Position numbers and translations under genes: made by a program
Notes under the pieces: generated by a model
Database searches by the model: none
What the model saw: only the letters and a program-made list of their open reading frames with translations
Told to the model about the DNA's origin: nothing
In this document: positions 1-7,084 of the stretch, one piece after another
How the letters are laid out: each line of letters opens with the position of its first letter
Position numbering within the stretch: the stretch's first letter is position 1
NCBI GenBank assembly: GCA_017646945.1
Contig: JAGCLN010000300.1
Span: 1-24,069, forward strand
From: Clostridia bacterium
Lineage (GTDB): Bacteria; Bacillota; Clostridia; Christensenellales; Borkfalkiaceae
Reading direction: 5' to 3'
DNA: 24,069 bases

Positions 1-48
1 GATTAAAAATCTAAATTTTTGAGGTAATTGTTTCATTTTCATAACCAT
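1..48 (-). CDS. 5' fragment of a gene downstream of agmatine deiminase, running off the window (MVMKMKQLPQKFRFLI...); product unknown
   Basis: AAGGAG then AAAA then ATG at 48, just after the aguA stop; frame open to position 1. Only 16 codons visible. Confidence 0.55.
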   Translation of the reverse strand, partial: MVMKMKQLPQKFRFLI

Positions 49-60
49 TTTTCTCCTTGG

Positions 61-1071
61 TTAATAGTTTTTAGTTATACAATGTAATCCACCGCCACCC
101 AAAACAATTTCTCGCGACGGGAATTGTATTATTTCTCTATCATTAAACTCAGCAGTAAAAATTTTAACCACCTCGTCATCTAAATCACAGTCAAACGAAG
201 GAACTATTACTGCGCCGTTAGCAAAAATAAAGTTTATGTAGCTTGGCTGTATTTGTTCGCCTTCAAACCTTTCTTTACTACCCAAAAGCATTTCTAATCC
301 CACGCAATCATCTTCCGTACGGATAAATGGACTTGGCAATGGAACTTTTACAATTTTAAATTTTTCACCATTAGCGCCCACTTCGTTTTGCAAGGTTTTA
401 TACGCGCTACGCACCACTTCGTACTGTGGGTGATTTGCGTTATCAGTCCACGCAAGTAAAATCGTGTTTTCGTTTGCAAACGCCACTAGATTATCTATAT
501 GACCGCCCGTTTCATCGTAATTTAACCCACGCTCTATAAAGATAACTTTTTTTACGTTTAACGCTTCTTTTAATATTGCTTCCGCTTCTAACTTTGACAA
601 ATTAGGGTTTCTATTTGGATTTACCACCGTTCGCTCTATGCATATTAAAGTTCCGTTACCATTAGTGAGAATATTTCCACCTTCAATAATTAAAGGATAT
701 TCTTTAATGGTTTTACCAACGATTTTTCCCATTTGTTCTGGAACAGTTGCGTCTAGAGACCAATCGCTATACAACCCTTCTTGTCCGCCCCAAGCATTAA
801 ATTGAAATTTTACAAAGTGGTTTCCTACGGGAACGACACCGCTATCTCTTATCCAAATATCGTTATAGTCCATAGTTGCGATATCAACGCCGTCAATCGG
901 GTCTAACCGAACGCTTGAATCTACGCCTAAAACAACCCTTTCGTGCCTTGATAAAATTTTGGCAAGCGACACAATCGTTTGCGCAATAGGTTTAGCACCT
1001 TTGCGCCACACGTCAGTACGCAAAGGATACAATAAAAAAGTTCCTTCGTGCACGTTGAAATCAGCTTTCAT
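61..1071 (-). CDS. aguA: Agmatine deiminase (Porphyromonas-type peptidyl-arginine deiminase family)
   Basis: 336 aa with family motifs DIWIRDSG, FNAWGG, EGGNI, GHIDN, SYINF and C-terminal GGGGLHCIT (catalytic Asp/His/Asp/Cys present); next to a polyamine transporter; SD-like AAGGGTGG upstream. Confidence 0.9.
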   Translation of the reverse strand: MKADFNVHEGTFLLYPLRTDVWRKGAKPIAQTIVSLAKILSRHERVVLGVDSSVRLDPIDGVDIATMDYNDIWIRDSGVVPVGNHFVKFQFNAWGGQEGLYSDWSLDATVPEQMGKIVGKTIKEYPLIIEGGNILTNGNGTLICIERTVVNPNRNPNLSKLEAEAILKEALNVKKVIFIERGLNYDETGGHIDNLVAFANENTILLAWTDNANHPQYEVVRSAYKTLQNEVGANGEKFKIVKVPLPSPFIRTEDDCVGLEMLLGSKERFEGEQIQPSYINFIFANGAVIVPSFDCDLDDEVVKIFTAEFNDREIIQFPSREIVLGGGGLHCITKNY

Positions 1072-1109
1072 TTTCCACCCTTAAAACAAATTGTTTTACA
1101 AAATTATAT
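1071..1109 (-). promoter_or_regulatory. Candidate tandem operator (17-5-17 bp) over the aguA 5' UTR and RBS
   Basis: Minus strand ATATAATTTTGTAAAAC-aattt-GTTTTAAGGGTGGAAAA; first site matches the regulator-gene site GTTTAATGTTATAAAAC at 13/17, with the same central AAAC-N5-GTTT. Confidence 0.45.
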
Positions 1110-1117
1110 ACAAAATC

Positions 1118-1147
1118 ATTGTACCACACTATTAACCATTTAGTCAA
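1118..1147 (-). promoter_or_regulatory. Sigma-A/sigma70-type promoter of aguA
   Basis: TTGACT-18 nt-TACAAT, with TG one base before the -10 (extended -10). Confidence 0.65.
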
Positions 1148-1229
1148 TGCTATAATTAAATTTATCATAAAACCGTAAAATAATAGCGAAACTTTAATTA
1201 TTATTGATTGTTTTGCCGAAATTTTGCAT

Positions 1230-1263
1230 AAAAAATCCCGATGGAAGACCATCGGGATTTTTT
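1230..1263 (-). terminator. Intrinsic terminator after potD
   Basis: Perfect inverted repeat AAAAAATCCCGATGG-AAGA-CCATCGGGATTTTTT just after the potD stop, with T-tracts usable on both strands. Confidence 0.9.
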
Positions 1264-1269
1264 GTTTTA

Positions 1270-3000
1270 TTAGTGGTTTATAATCTCGCGTTTAACCAAA
1301 GTTAATCGCTTGCTTTTGCGTTTAACGTGAAAGTGAACGCCCTTCTTGTTAAGATAAGAAAGTATAGGTATAAGTATGAGCGCAAGAACTATTATCCCAA
1401 CAATCATTATCATAAGCCAAGTGGGGATTGCTGAAACCTTAACTTCATCCCACATATCGTTTAAGCGCGCCATTTCTTCATCGGGGAAGTCTTTCATTAT
1501 AGCGCAACGCATAACCGTTTCTTTCGTGGGGTATTGAGTTTCAAGCTGACGGCCTAAAGTGTCCGTCCAGATAAACATTTCACCATCGTCGTCGTAAGTG
1601 TTTAAAAGGAAAGATACGTCGTAATTGTAAACGTAAACGTCAAAATCTTCTTCAAATCCTATGATAAATTCATCTTTATCATCGTAAATAGGGTATTTTA
1701 TGTTCTTTACGGTCAACGCGTGATAGCCCGTTTCTTCATCAACGCCTTCGTCTATATATTCAATACCTTCGGTAAAGATTTCTTCGTCGATAAGGTCTTG
1801 AAGATAATATTCGTAGTACGCAATACCAGTTTCTTCGTCAACGTAATCAGCACCTTCAACGTCATCAGTTTCAATAAGGGTGTAAACACCGTACCACTCG
1901 ATAGCGTTTTCGTGCATATCCGCGCCTGCTACTACGGGGGTGTAACCGATATAGTTCATATTAACCTTAGCGTTTTCAGGGTCGGCTAAGAAGTTGATAA
2001 ACTCTTGCGCGTACAATACGTTTGCACCCTTGGGCATAACCCAACCGTCAAACCAAATGTTACTACCCTCTTCGGGAACGGCGTAGAAAAGTTCCGTGCC
2101 TGCTTCATCGGCAATATCTAAAGTGTAAACGGCATCGCCACTCCAAGCAAAGTTGATTGCAATTTTGCCTGACGCCATATCGCGCTTACCACTATCAACT
2201 TCAAAGCCGTAAACGTTGCCTTTAAGGTCGATAAGTTCTTCGGTAACCATTTGCACGGTTTCAGGGTCGGTGCGGTTGAAGATTGCTATTAATCTTTCTT
2301 GATATTCTTCATCGGTGAATTCACCCGCTTTCCATTTAAGACCAAGCGTAGTAAGTTCATCGGCGCAAACTTTACCGATAGCGAGCGCGTAAGTATCCCT
2401 AATACTATCTTTTATAGTACCTAAGTTTTTAGAATAGGTTTTCCACGGAAAATCCCAATGCGATTCATCGCCCGATTGATATTCACCACCCGAGTTTCTT
2501 TCCAAAACTTCGGGGTTGTAAACGAAGCCCATAGTGCCGTACATATAACCGCAGGCGTAGTCCGTCCAACCGTTTCTATCAAAAAGGTCAAGGATATATT
2601 TTGAAGAATAAGTATCGTAGTTATCAAGGTTGCCAAGCGACCTATCCAACTTTTCAAGCATGCCTTCCCTAATCATTTTTTGAATCATATAGTCGGAAGG
2701 GCAAACTAAATCGTAACCGTAATCATAACCGTTTTCAGTTTCTTCTTTTGAAAGTTGAAGTTCGTTATACATATTCTCGTTCGTGCCGAAAGTAGAATAG
2801 TTAACTTTAACTTTCACGCCGTATTTTTCGCTTGCATAATCTTCAAATTCCGCAATTAAATCGGCGTTTTCATCTTTACAAATATAATCTTCCCAGTTGT
2901 AAACGTTAAGTTCAATAACTTCTTCCCTTGAACAACCCGTAAAGGAAAAAAGCGATAAAAACATTACGAGCGCAACGCTCAAATTAATTATTTTTCTCAT
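1270..3000 (-). CDS. potD: Spermidine/putrescine ABC transporter substrate-binding lipoprotein, PotD-like, with an acidic insertion and a C-terminal hydrophobic anchor
   Basis: Lipobox FTGC at residue 23; PotD motifs LNVYNWEDYI, STFGTNENMY, YDLVCPSDYMIQKM, FAWSGDA, PEEGSNIWFDGWVMPK; last gene of the potABC cluster; ATGA overlap with potC. Confidence 0.88.
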   Translation of the reverse strand: MRKIINLSVALVMFLSLFSFTGCSREEVIELNVYNWEDYICKDENADLIAEFEDYASEKYGVKVKVNYSTFGTNENMYNELQLSKEETENGYDYGYDLVCPSDYMIQKMIREGMLEKLDRSLGNLDNYDTYSSKYILDLFDRNGWTDYACGYMYGTMGFVYNPEVLERNSGGEYQSGDESHWDFPWKTYSKNLGTIKDSIRDTYALAIGKVCADELTTLGLKWKAGEFTDEEYQERLIAIFNRTDPETVQMVTEELIDLKGNVYGFEVDSGKRDMASGKIAINFAWSGDAVYTLDIADEAGTELFYAVPEEGSNIWFDGWVMPKGANVLYAQEFINFLADPENAKVNMNYIGYTPVVAGADMHENAIEWYGVYTLIETDDVEGADYVDEETGIAYYEYYLQDLIDEEIFTEGIEYIDEGVDEETGYHALTVKNIKYPIYDDKDEFIIGFEEDFDVYVYNYDVSFLLNTYDDDGEMFIWTDTLGRQLETQYPTKETVMRCAIMKDFPDEEMARLNDMWDEVKVSAIPTWLMIMIVGIIVLALILIPILSYLNKKGVHFHVKRKSKRLTLVKREIINH

Positions 3001-3800
3001 TTTTTCTCCTTTTTAGCAGACTTTCTGCTCGAAATAACGTACCTTATAACGACAAAGCAAATCATAAACACGAAGATAATCGTTGAAAGGGCGCGGAGCG
3101 CGGGTACGGAAGAACTCTTACCACCACGAGCGTACGCATCGAACACGTAGGTCGAGATAGTATCGAAAGTTGCAGGTTTTGTAAAGGTAGTAATAATATA
3201 ATCGTCAAGCGAAAGGTTGATTGCAAGAAGGAAACCCGATAAAATACCCGGTAAAATTTCAGGAATAATAACGCTGAAAAGGGCTTTCGTTGGGGTTGCG
3301 CCAAGGTCGAGCGCGGCTTCGTACAAGTTGTTATCCATTTGCTTGAGTTTGGGCATTACCGATAACACAACGAACGGGAAAGTGAGAACGATATGGCCGA
3401 TTAAAAGCGATGCGTAACTCCTGCCGAAAGCAAACATTGTGCAAACGAGCGCAATTGAAATAGCCGTAACGATTTCCGCATTGATAATGGGAATTTGGGT
3501 TGCGCCGTTCATTATGCCCCTTGCTTTTTGCCTACTATAAAACATACCGATAGCACCGATAGTTCCAAGCACGGAAGAAAGCGTTGCCGATACGATTGCA
3601 AGCACGAAGGTGTTTGCAACGGTGGTCATAATATCGCCGTTTTGAATAAGTTCGCCGTAGAGTGAAAAACCCCACTCGTCAGACCAAATACCGATTTCTC
3701 TACTCATATTGAAACTGTACGCAACGAGAAGTAAAATAGGTGCGTACAAAATCAATAAGATAAGCACAACGTAACCGCCGGAGAATAATTTTTTTACCAT
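2997..3800 (-). CDS. potC: Polyamine ABC transporter permease, PotC-like
   Basis: Hydrophobic 267 aa; LYAPILLLVAYSFN N-terminus, EAA motif LYEAALDLGATP, SLDDYIIT. Confidence 0.92.
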   Translation of the reverse strand: MVKKLFSGGYVVLILLILYAPILLLVAYSFNMSREIGIWSDEWGFSLYGELIQNGDIMTTVANTFVLAIVSATLSSVLGTIGAIGMFYSRQKARGIMNGATQIPIINAEIVTAISIALVCTMFAFGRSYASLLIGHIVLTFPFVVLSVMPKLKQMDNNLYEAALDLGATPTKALFSVIIPEILPGILSGFLLAINLSLDDYIITTFTKPATFDTISTYVFDAYARGGKSSSVPALRALSTIIFVFMICFVVIRYVISSRKSAKKEKK

Positions 3801-4636
3801 AATCCATTCCCCCTTGCAGCAGTATCGTCATCTGAGAACTTGTTAGTTATCCACATGGTTATAAAGATTATTACTAAAAGTACCATCGCAATCGCCGAGC
3901 CCGCGTGCCAGTTGAACACGGTTGAAAATTGCGATTCTATAACCTTACCTATAATCGTTACGTTACCGTTACCTAAGGTATCGGACACAACGTAACTCGT
4001 AGTAGTTGGTAAAAGCACCATAGTAACCGCGCTAACGATACCGGGAACGGTAAGTGGAAGAGTTACTCTTAAAAAGGTATTTGCAGGGCGAGCGCCAAGG
4101 TCTGCGCTTGCTTCAATTAAACTCTTGTCGAGTTTAATCATAACGGTATACAAGGGTAAAATTGTAAAGGGCAAGTAGTCGTAAACCATACCGATAACGG
4201 TGTTTACGAAACTTAACTTGTTACTGTTATACATACCGATAGCAAACAATAATTCTTTCATAGCGGCGGTGCGTAAAACGAAGTTTATCCACATAGGTAA
4301 AATAAACAATATTAAAAGCACACCGTTTTTATTAAGTTTGCTCTTTGATAAAATGTAAGCGAGCGGATATGAAATAATCAAGCAAAGCGCCGTAGTTACT
4401 ATCGCCAAGCCAAAACTTATAAAAAGTACCCTTATGTTAGAACCTTTTGAGAAAAATTCTATAAAGTTTTCAAGCGTTAATGAAACTTTTACGCCCGATA
4501 AAGTTATGTAGCCGTTCGGGTCTACTTTTGTAAAAGCATACAAGATAATAAGCACGAGCGGAAATACTACGAACAGCGTTAAAAACAACGCGTAAGGTAT
4601 CCCCAAGTGCTTTCTCGAAAAGCGGAAAGACTTCAT
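3794..4636 (-). CDS. potB: Polyamine ABC transporter permease, PotB-like
   Basis: 280 aa membrane protein with ILPMWINFVLRT, GMVYDYLPFTILPLY and EAA motif LIEASADLGA; TAATG overlap with potA. Confidence 0.92.
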   Translation of the reverse strand: MKSFRFSRKHLGIPYALFLTLFVVFPLVLIILYAFTKVDPNGYITLSGVKVSLTLENFIEFFSKGSNIRVLFISFGLAIVTTALCLIISYPLAYILSKSKLNKNGVLLILFILPMWINFVLRTAAMKELLFAIGMYNSNKLSFVNTVIGMVYDYLPFTILPLYTVMIKLDKSLIEASADLGARPANTFLRVTLPLTVPGIVSAVTMVLLPTTTSYVVSDTLGNGNVTIIGKVIESQFSTVFNWHAGSAIAMVLLVIIFITMWITNKFSDDDTAARGNGLW

Positions 4637-6156
4637 TATTTTTTATCCTCCGTTTTGAGTTTAAGTTTAATTTTATCTTTGGGAATTTTTACCGATACTC
4701 TATCGTTTTCGTTCCAAACGTATTCGGTATCGCAAACGAAATCTTCTTCTTCATCGTCAGTTCTAATAATGATTTGATAGTGGTCGCCTTTATATACGAT
4801 TGAAATGATTGAACCGCAGGCGTCACCGTCTTCATCGTTATCGATAATTTCAATATCTTTAAGGCCTACTTCTACCCTAACGTCAACGTCGGCAAGATCA
4901 ATCTTTTCGCCTTCGGCGGTAATGAGATAACCTTCTTCGTCAAGGTGAGAGTTTTCGTAAAGTTGAGTAACGTCACACTCAAACTCACCGTCGGCAAACC
5001 AAACTTTGTTGTCCTTAGTGATATAGCCGTCGTATACGTTAGAAACGAATTCTTTGTGCATTATGTGAATATCTTGCGGGGCAATAGAAATCCACACCTT
5101 TTCGCCAACGGCGTAACCCTTAGTCGATTGAATAACCACTTCTGACCTACCTACCATCATAGTCATTTGATAGTGAACGCCTTTGAAAATGCAAGAAGAA
5201 ATAGTACCCGATACCATACCCTTTTCTTCCTTTACGATTTTAACGTCTTCGGGGCGAACAACAACGTCGACTTTTTCGTTCTTTTCAAAATCGTCAACGC
5301 AGTCGAACACTTTGTTAATAAACCTAACTTTCTTTTCGCCTACTACGGTACCGCTGAAAATATTACTTTCGCCGATAAAGTCTGCAACGAAAGAGTTAAC
5401 GGGTTCGTTATAAATATCTTGCGGAGTGCCGATTTGTTGAATTTTACCGTCTTTCATAACAACAACGGTGTCACTCATAGTAAGCGCTTCTTCTTGGTCG
5501 TGAGTAACGTAGATAAAGGTTATGCCGAGTTTTTTGTGCATTTCTTTAAGTTCGAGTTGCATATCCTTTCTCATCTTTAAGTCGAGCGCACCCAAAGGCT
5601 CGTCTAAAAGCAAGATTTCAGGCTCGTTTACAATCGCCCTTGCGATTGCAATACGTTGTTGTTGACCACCTGATAAAGTGGTAACGCTCCTCTTTTCAAA
5701 CTCTTCAAGGTCAACTATTTTAAGCGCGCGTGAAACCTTATCGTCAATCTCTTTCTTAGAGAGTTTTTCGATTTTTTCTACCGTTTTACCGTTTTTATCA
5801 ACGTAGGTCGCCTTAACTCTTTTAAGTTTTAAACCGTACGCAATATTTTCATATACGTTTAAATGGGGGAAAAGCGCATAGCGTTGGAACACCGTGTTTA
5901 CGGGGCGCTTATGCGGTGGAAGATTAGTTATATCCTTGCCGTTAAGCATAATTTTACCCGTGGTTGGAAGTTCAAAACCCGCTATCATTCTAAGCGTTGT
6001 TGTCTTACCGCAACCGGAAGGTCCTAAAAAGGTAATAAACTCACCCTTTCTAACGTACAAGTTAACGTTTTCTACCGCTAACGTTCCGTCATACTCTTTT
6101 GAAACGCCGGTAAGTTCTATTATTTTTTGCTTGCTCATAGTTTTTTCTATAGCCAT
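4636..6156 (-). CDS. potA: Polyamine ABC transporter ATP-binding protein, PotA-like, with a duplicated C-terminal OB/TOBE region
   Basis: Walker A GPSGCGKTT, RPVNTVFQRYALFPHL, signature LSGGQQQR, Walker B LLLDEP, YVTHDQEEA; AAGGAG 9 nt before the ATG. Confidence 0.95.
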   Translation of the reverse strand: MAIEKTMSKQKIIELTGVSKEYDGTLAVENVNLYVRKGEFITFLGPSGCGKTTTLRMIAGFELPTTGKIMLNGKDITNLPPHKRPVNTVFQRYALFPHLNVYENIAYGLKLKRVKATYVDKNGKTVEKIEKLSKKEIDDKVSRALKIVDLEEFEKRSVTTLSGGQQQRIAIARAIVNEPEILLLDEPLGALDLKMRKDMQLELKEMHKKLGITFIYVTHDQEEALTMSDTVVVMKDGKIQQIGTPQDIYNEPVNSFVADFIGESNIFSGTVVGEKKVRFINKVFDCVDDFEKNEKVDVVVRPEDVKIVKEEKGMVSGTISSCIFKGVHYQMTMMVGRSEVVIQSTKGYAVGEKVWISIAPQDIHIMHKEFVSNVYDGYITKDNKVWFADGEFECDVTQLYENSHLDEEGYLITAEGEKIDLADVDVRVEVGLKDIEIIDNDEDGDACGSIISIVYKGDHYQIIIRTDDEEEDFVCDTEYVWNENDRVSVKIPKDKIKLKLKTEDKK

Positions 6157-6229
6157 AATCTTTTTCTCCTTAAGAGTGTTTTTCTTTTTGTGTTTCCAAG
6201 TTTGCTTAGTAAAGTAAAAGTATCTTACC

Positions 6230-6394
6230 CAAGGGTGAAATTAATCGCGAGATTGATGCAAAAGGTCGGTTCAGTCACAAGTAATTCAAGGCAAACCCCG
6301 AAGGGAATACTCTTTGTATTGCCGAGTGGGTTTAACAAAGAATTACGAAGTGAATCAACCGAACTTTATCAATCGAGCGGTTAATTGAACCCTA
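6230..6394. ncRNA. Candidate structured RNA or long imperfect inverted repeat between the regulator gene and potA; family not recognised
   Basis: Two ~55-nt arms pair in register (plus strand AGGGT/ACCCT, AATTAA/TTAATT, CGC/GCG, GATTGAT/ATCAATC, AAAG/CTTT, TCGGTT/AACCGA, TCAC/GTGA, GTAATTC/GAATTAC) around a cap with two small hairpins. Function and strand unknown. Confidence 0.5.
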
Positions 6395-6928
6395 CTAAAA
6401 AGTTGGTGGGGAAGATATCCAAAGAAACTTCGCCGTTTTTTCTTTAACGTTTATTATGTAATGGGACTTTGCAGAAGTATAATAAAAACTCTCTCCCTTC
6501 TTGCAAACGTACTTCTTCTTACCAAGATGAATTACTATTTCACCTTCTAAAACGTAGCCGAATTCTTCGCCTTCGTGCGGAACGTCTTCTTCCGTTGCCG
6601 AGTTCTTGCTAAGTTCGACGATAACGGGTTCCATACTGTTTTTTTGCGCGTTTGGAACTAACCAGTTAAGAAGCATTGATTCCGTCTTCTTCTCAATAAA
6701 GTCCTTTTCCGTAAAGACAATCTTCTCGTCTTCTTCTTCACTAAAAAAGTCTTTAAGGTTCGTGCCGAGCGCGGAAAGAATATCTATAAGCGTTGCAATC
6801 GAAGGGCTCGTCAAGTCGTTTTCCAGTTGCGAAATGTAACCTTTAGTAAGTTCACACCTGTTCGCCAACTCTTCTTGCGTAAACTCGCATTGAAGCCTTA
6901 ACTCTTTTATTTTATCGCCAAGTACCAT
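6395..6928 (-). CDS. XRE-family HTH plus cupin transcriptional regulator (PuuR/PotR-like), probable regulator of the pot operon
   Basis: N-terminal LGDKIKELR...TQEELA...TKGYISQLENDLTSPSIATL helix-turn-helix; cupin HEGEEFGYVLEG...GESFYY...H; directly upstream of potA. Confidence 0.9.
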   Translation of the reverse strand: MVLGDKIKELRLQCEFTQEELANRCELTKGYISQLENDLTSPSIATLIDILSALGTNLKDFFSEEEDEKIVFTEKDFIEKKTESMLLNWLVPNAQKNSMEPVIVELSKNSATEEDVPHEGEEFGYVLEGEIVIHLGKKKYVCKKGESFYYTSAKSHYIINVKEKTAKFLWISSPPTF

Positions 6929-6938
6929 AATTTTACCC

Positions 6939-6977
6939 GTTTTATAACATTAAACTTTTTGTTTAGCAATAGTAAAC
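6939..6977 (-). promoter_or_regulatory. Tandem palindromic operator candidate downstream of the regulator promoter (probable autorepression)
   Basis: GTTTACTATTGCTAAAC (6977-6961; GTTTA-N7-TAAAC palindrome), 5-nt spacer, GTTTAATGTTATAAAAC (6955-6939), beginning at the predicted +1. Confidence 0.6.
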
Positions 6978-6983
6978 AAGATA

Positions 6984-7012
6984 ATAATATCAATACCGAA
7001 CTTTCTTGTCAA
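6984..7012 (-). promoter_or_regulatory. Sigma-A promoter of the regulator-potABCD unit
   Basis: TTGACA-17 nt-TATTAT with TG extension. Confidence 0.8.
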
Positions 7013-7053
7013 TAAATTTTATATATATTTTTAAAAAAATATAAAGTAAAAAG

Positions 7054-7082
7054 AAAAAACCCTTGCAAAGCCAAGGGTTTTT
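7054..7082 (-). terminator. Intrinsic terminator after the DedA-acyltransferase gene
   Basis: Minus strand AAAAACCCTTG-GCTTTG-CAAGGGTTTTTT followed by CTTTTT, immediately after the stop. Confidence 0.85.
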
Positions 7083-7084
7083 CG

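Noticed and set aside
1061-1252. 63-aa minus-strand ORF (MVFHRDF...)
   Set aside because: It starts inside the potD terminator, spans the aguA promoter and has no SD; most likely spurious.
6127-6384. 85-aa plus-strand ORF across the potA leader
   Set aside because: No SD, no recognisable family, and it overlaps the potA start; the region is better explained by the hairpin.
6230-6394. Assignment of the hairpin to tRNA, SRP RNA, T-box or 6S RNA
   Set aside because: No cloverleaf, no SRP domain IV consensus, no T-box sequence; a TTGAACC/GGTTCAA fragment recalls 6S but the large central bubble is missing.
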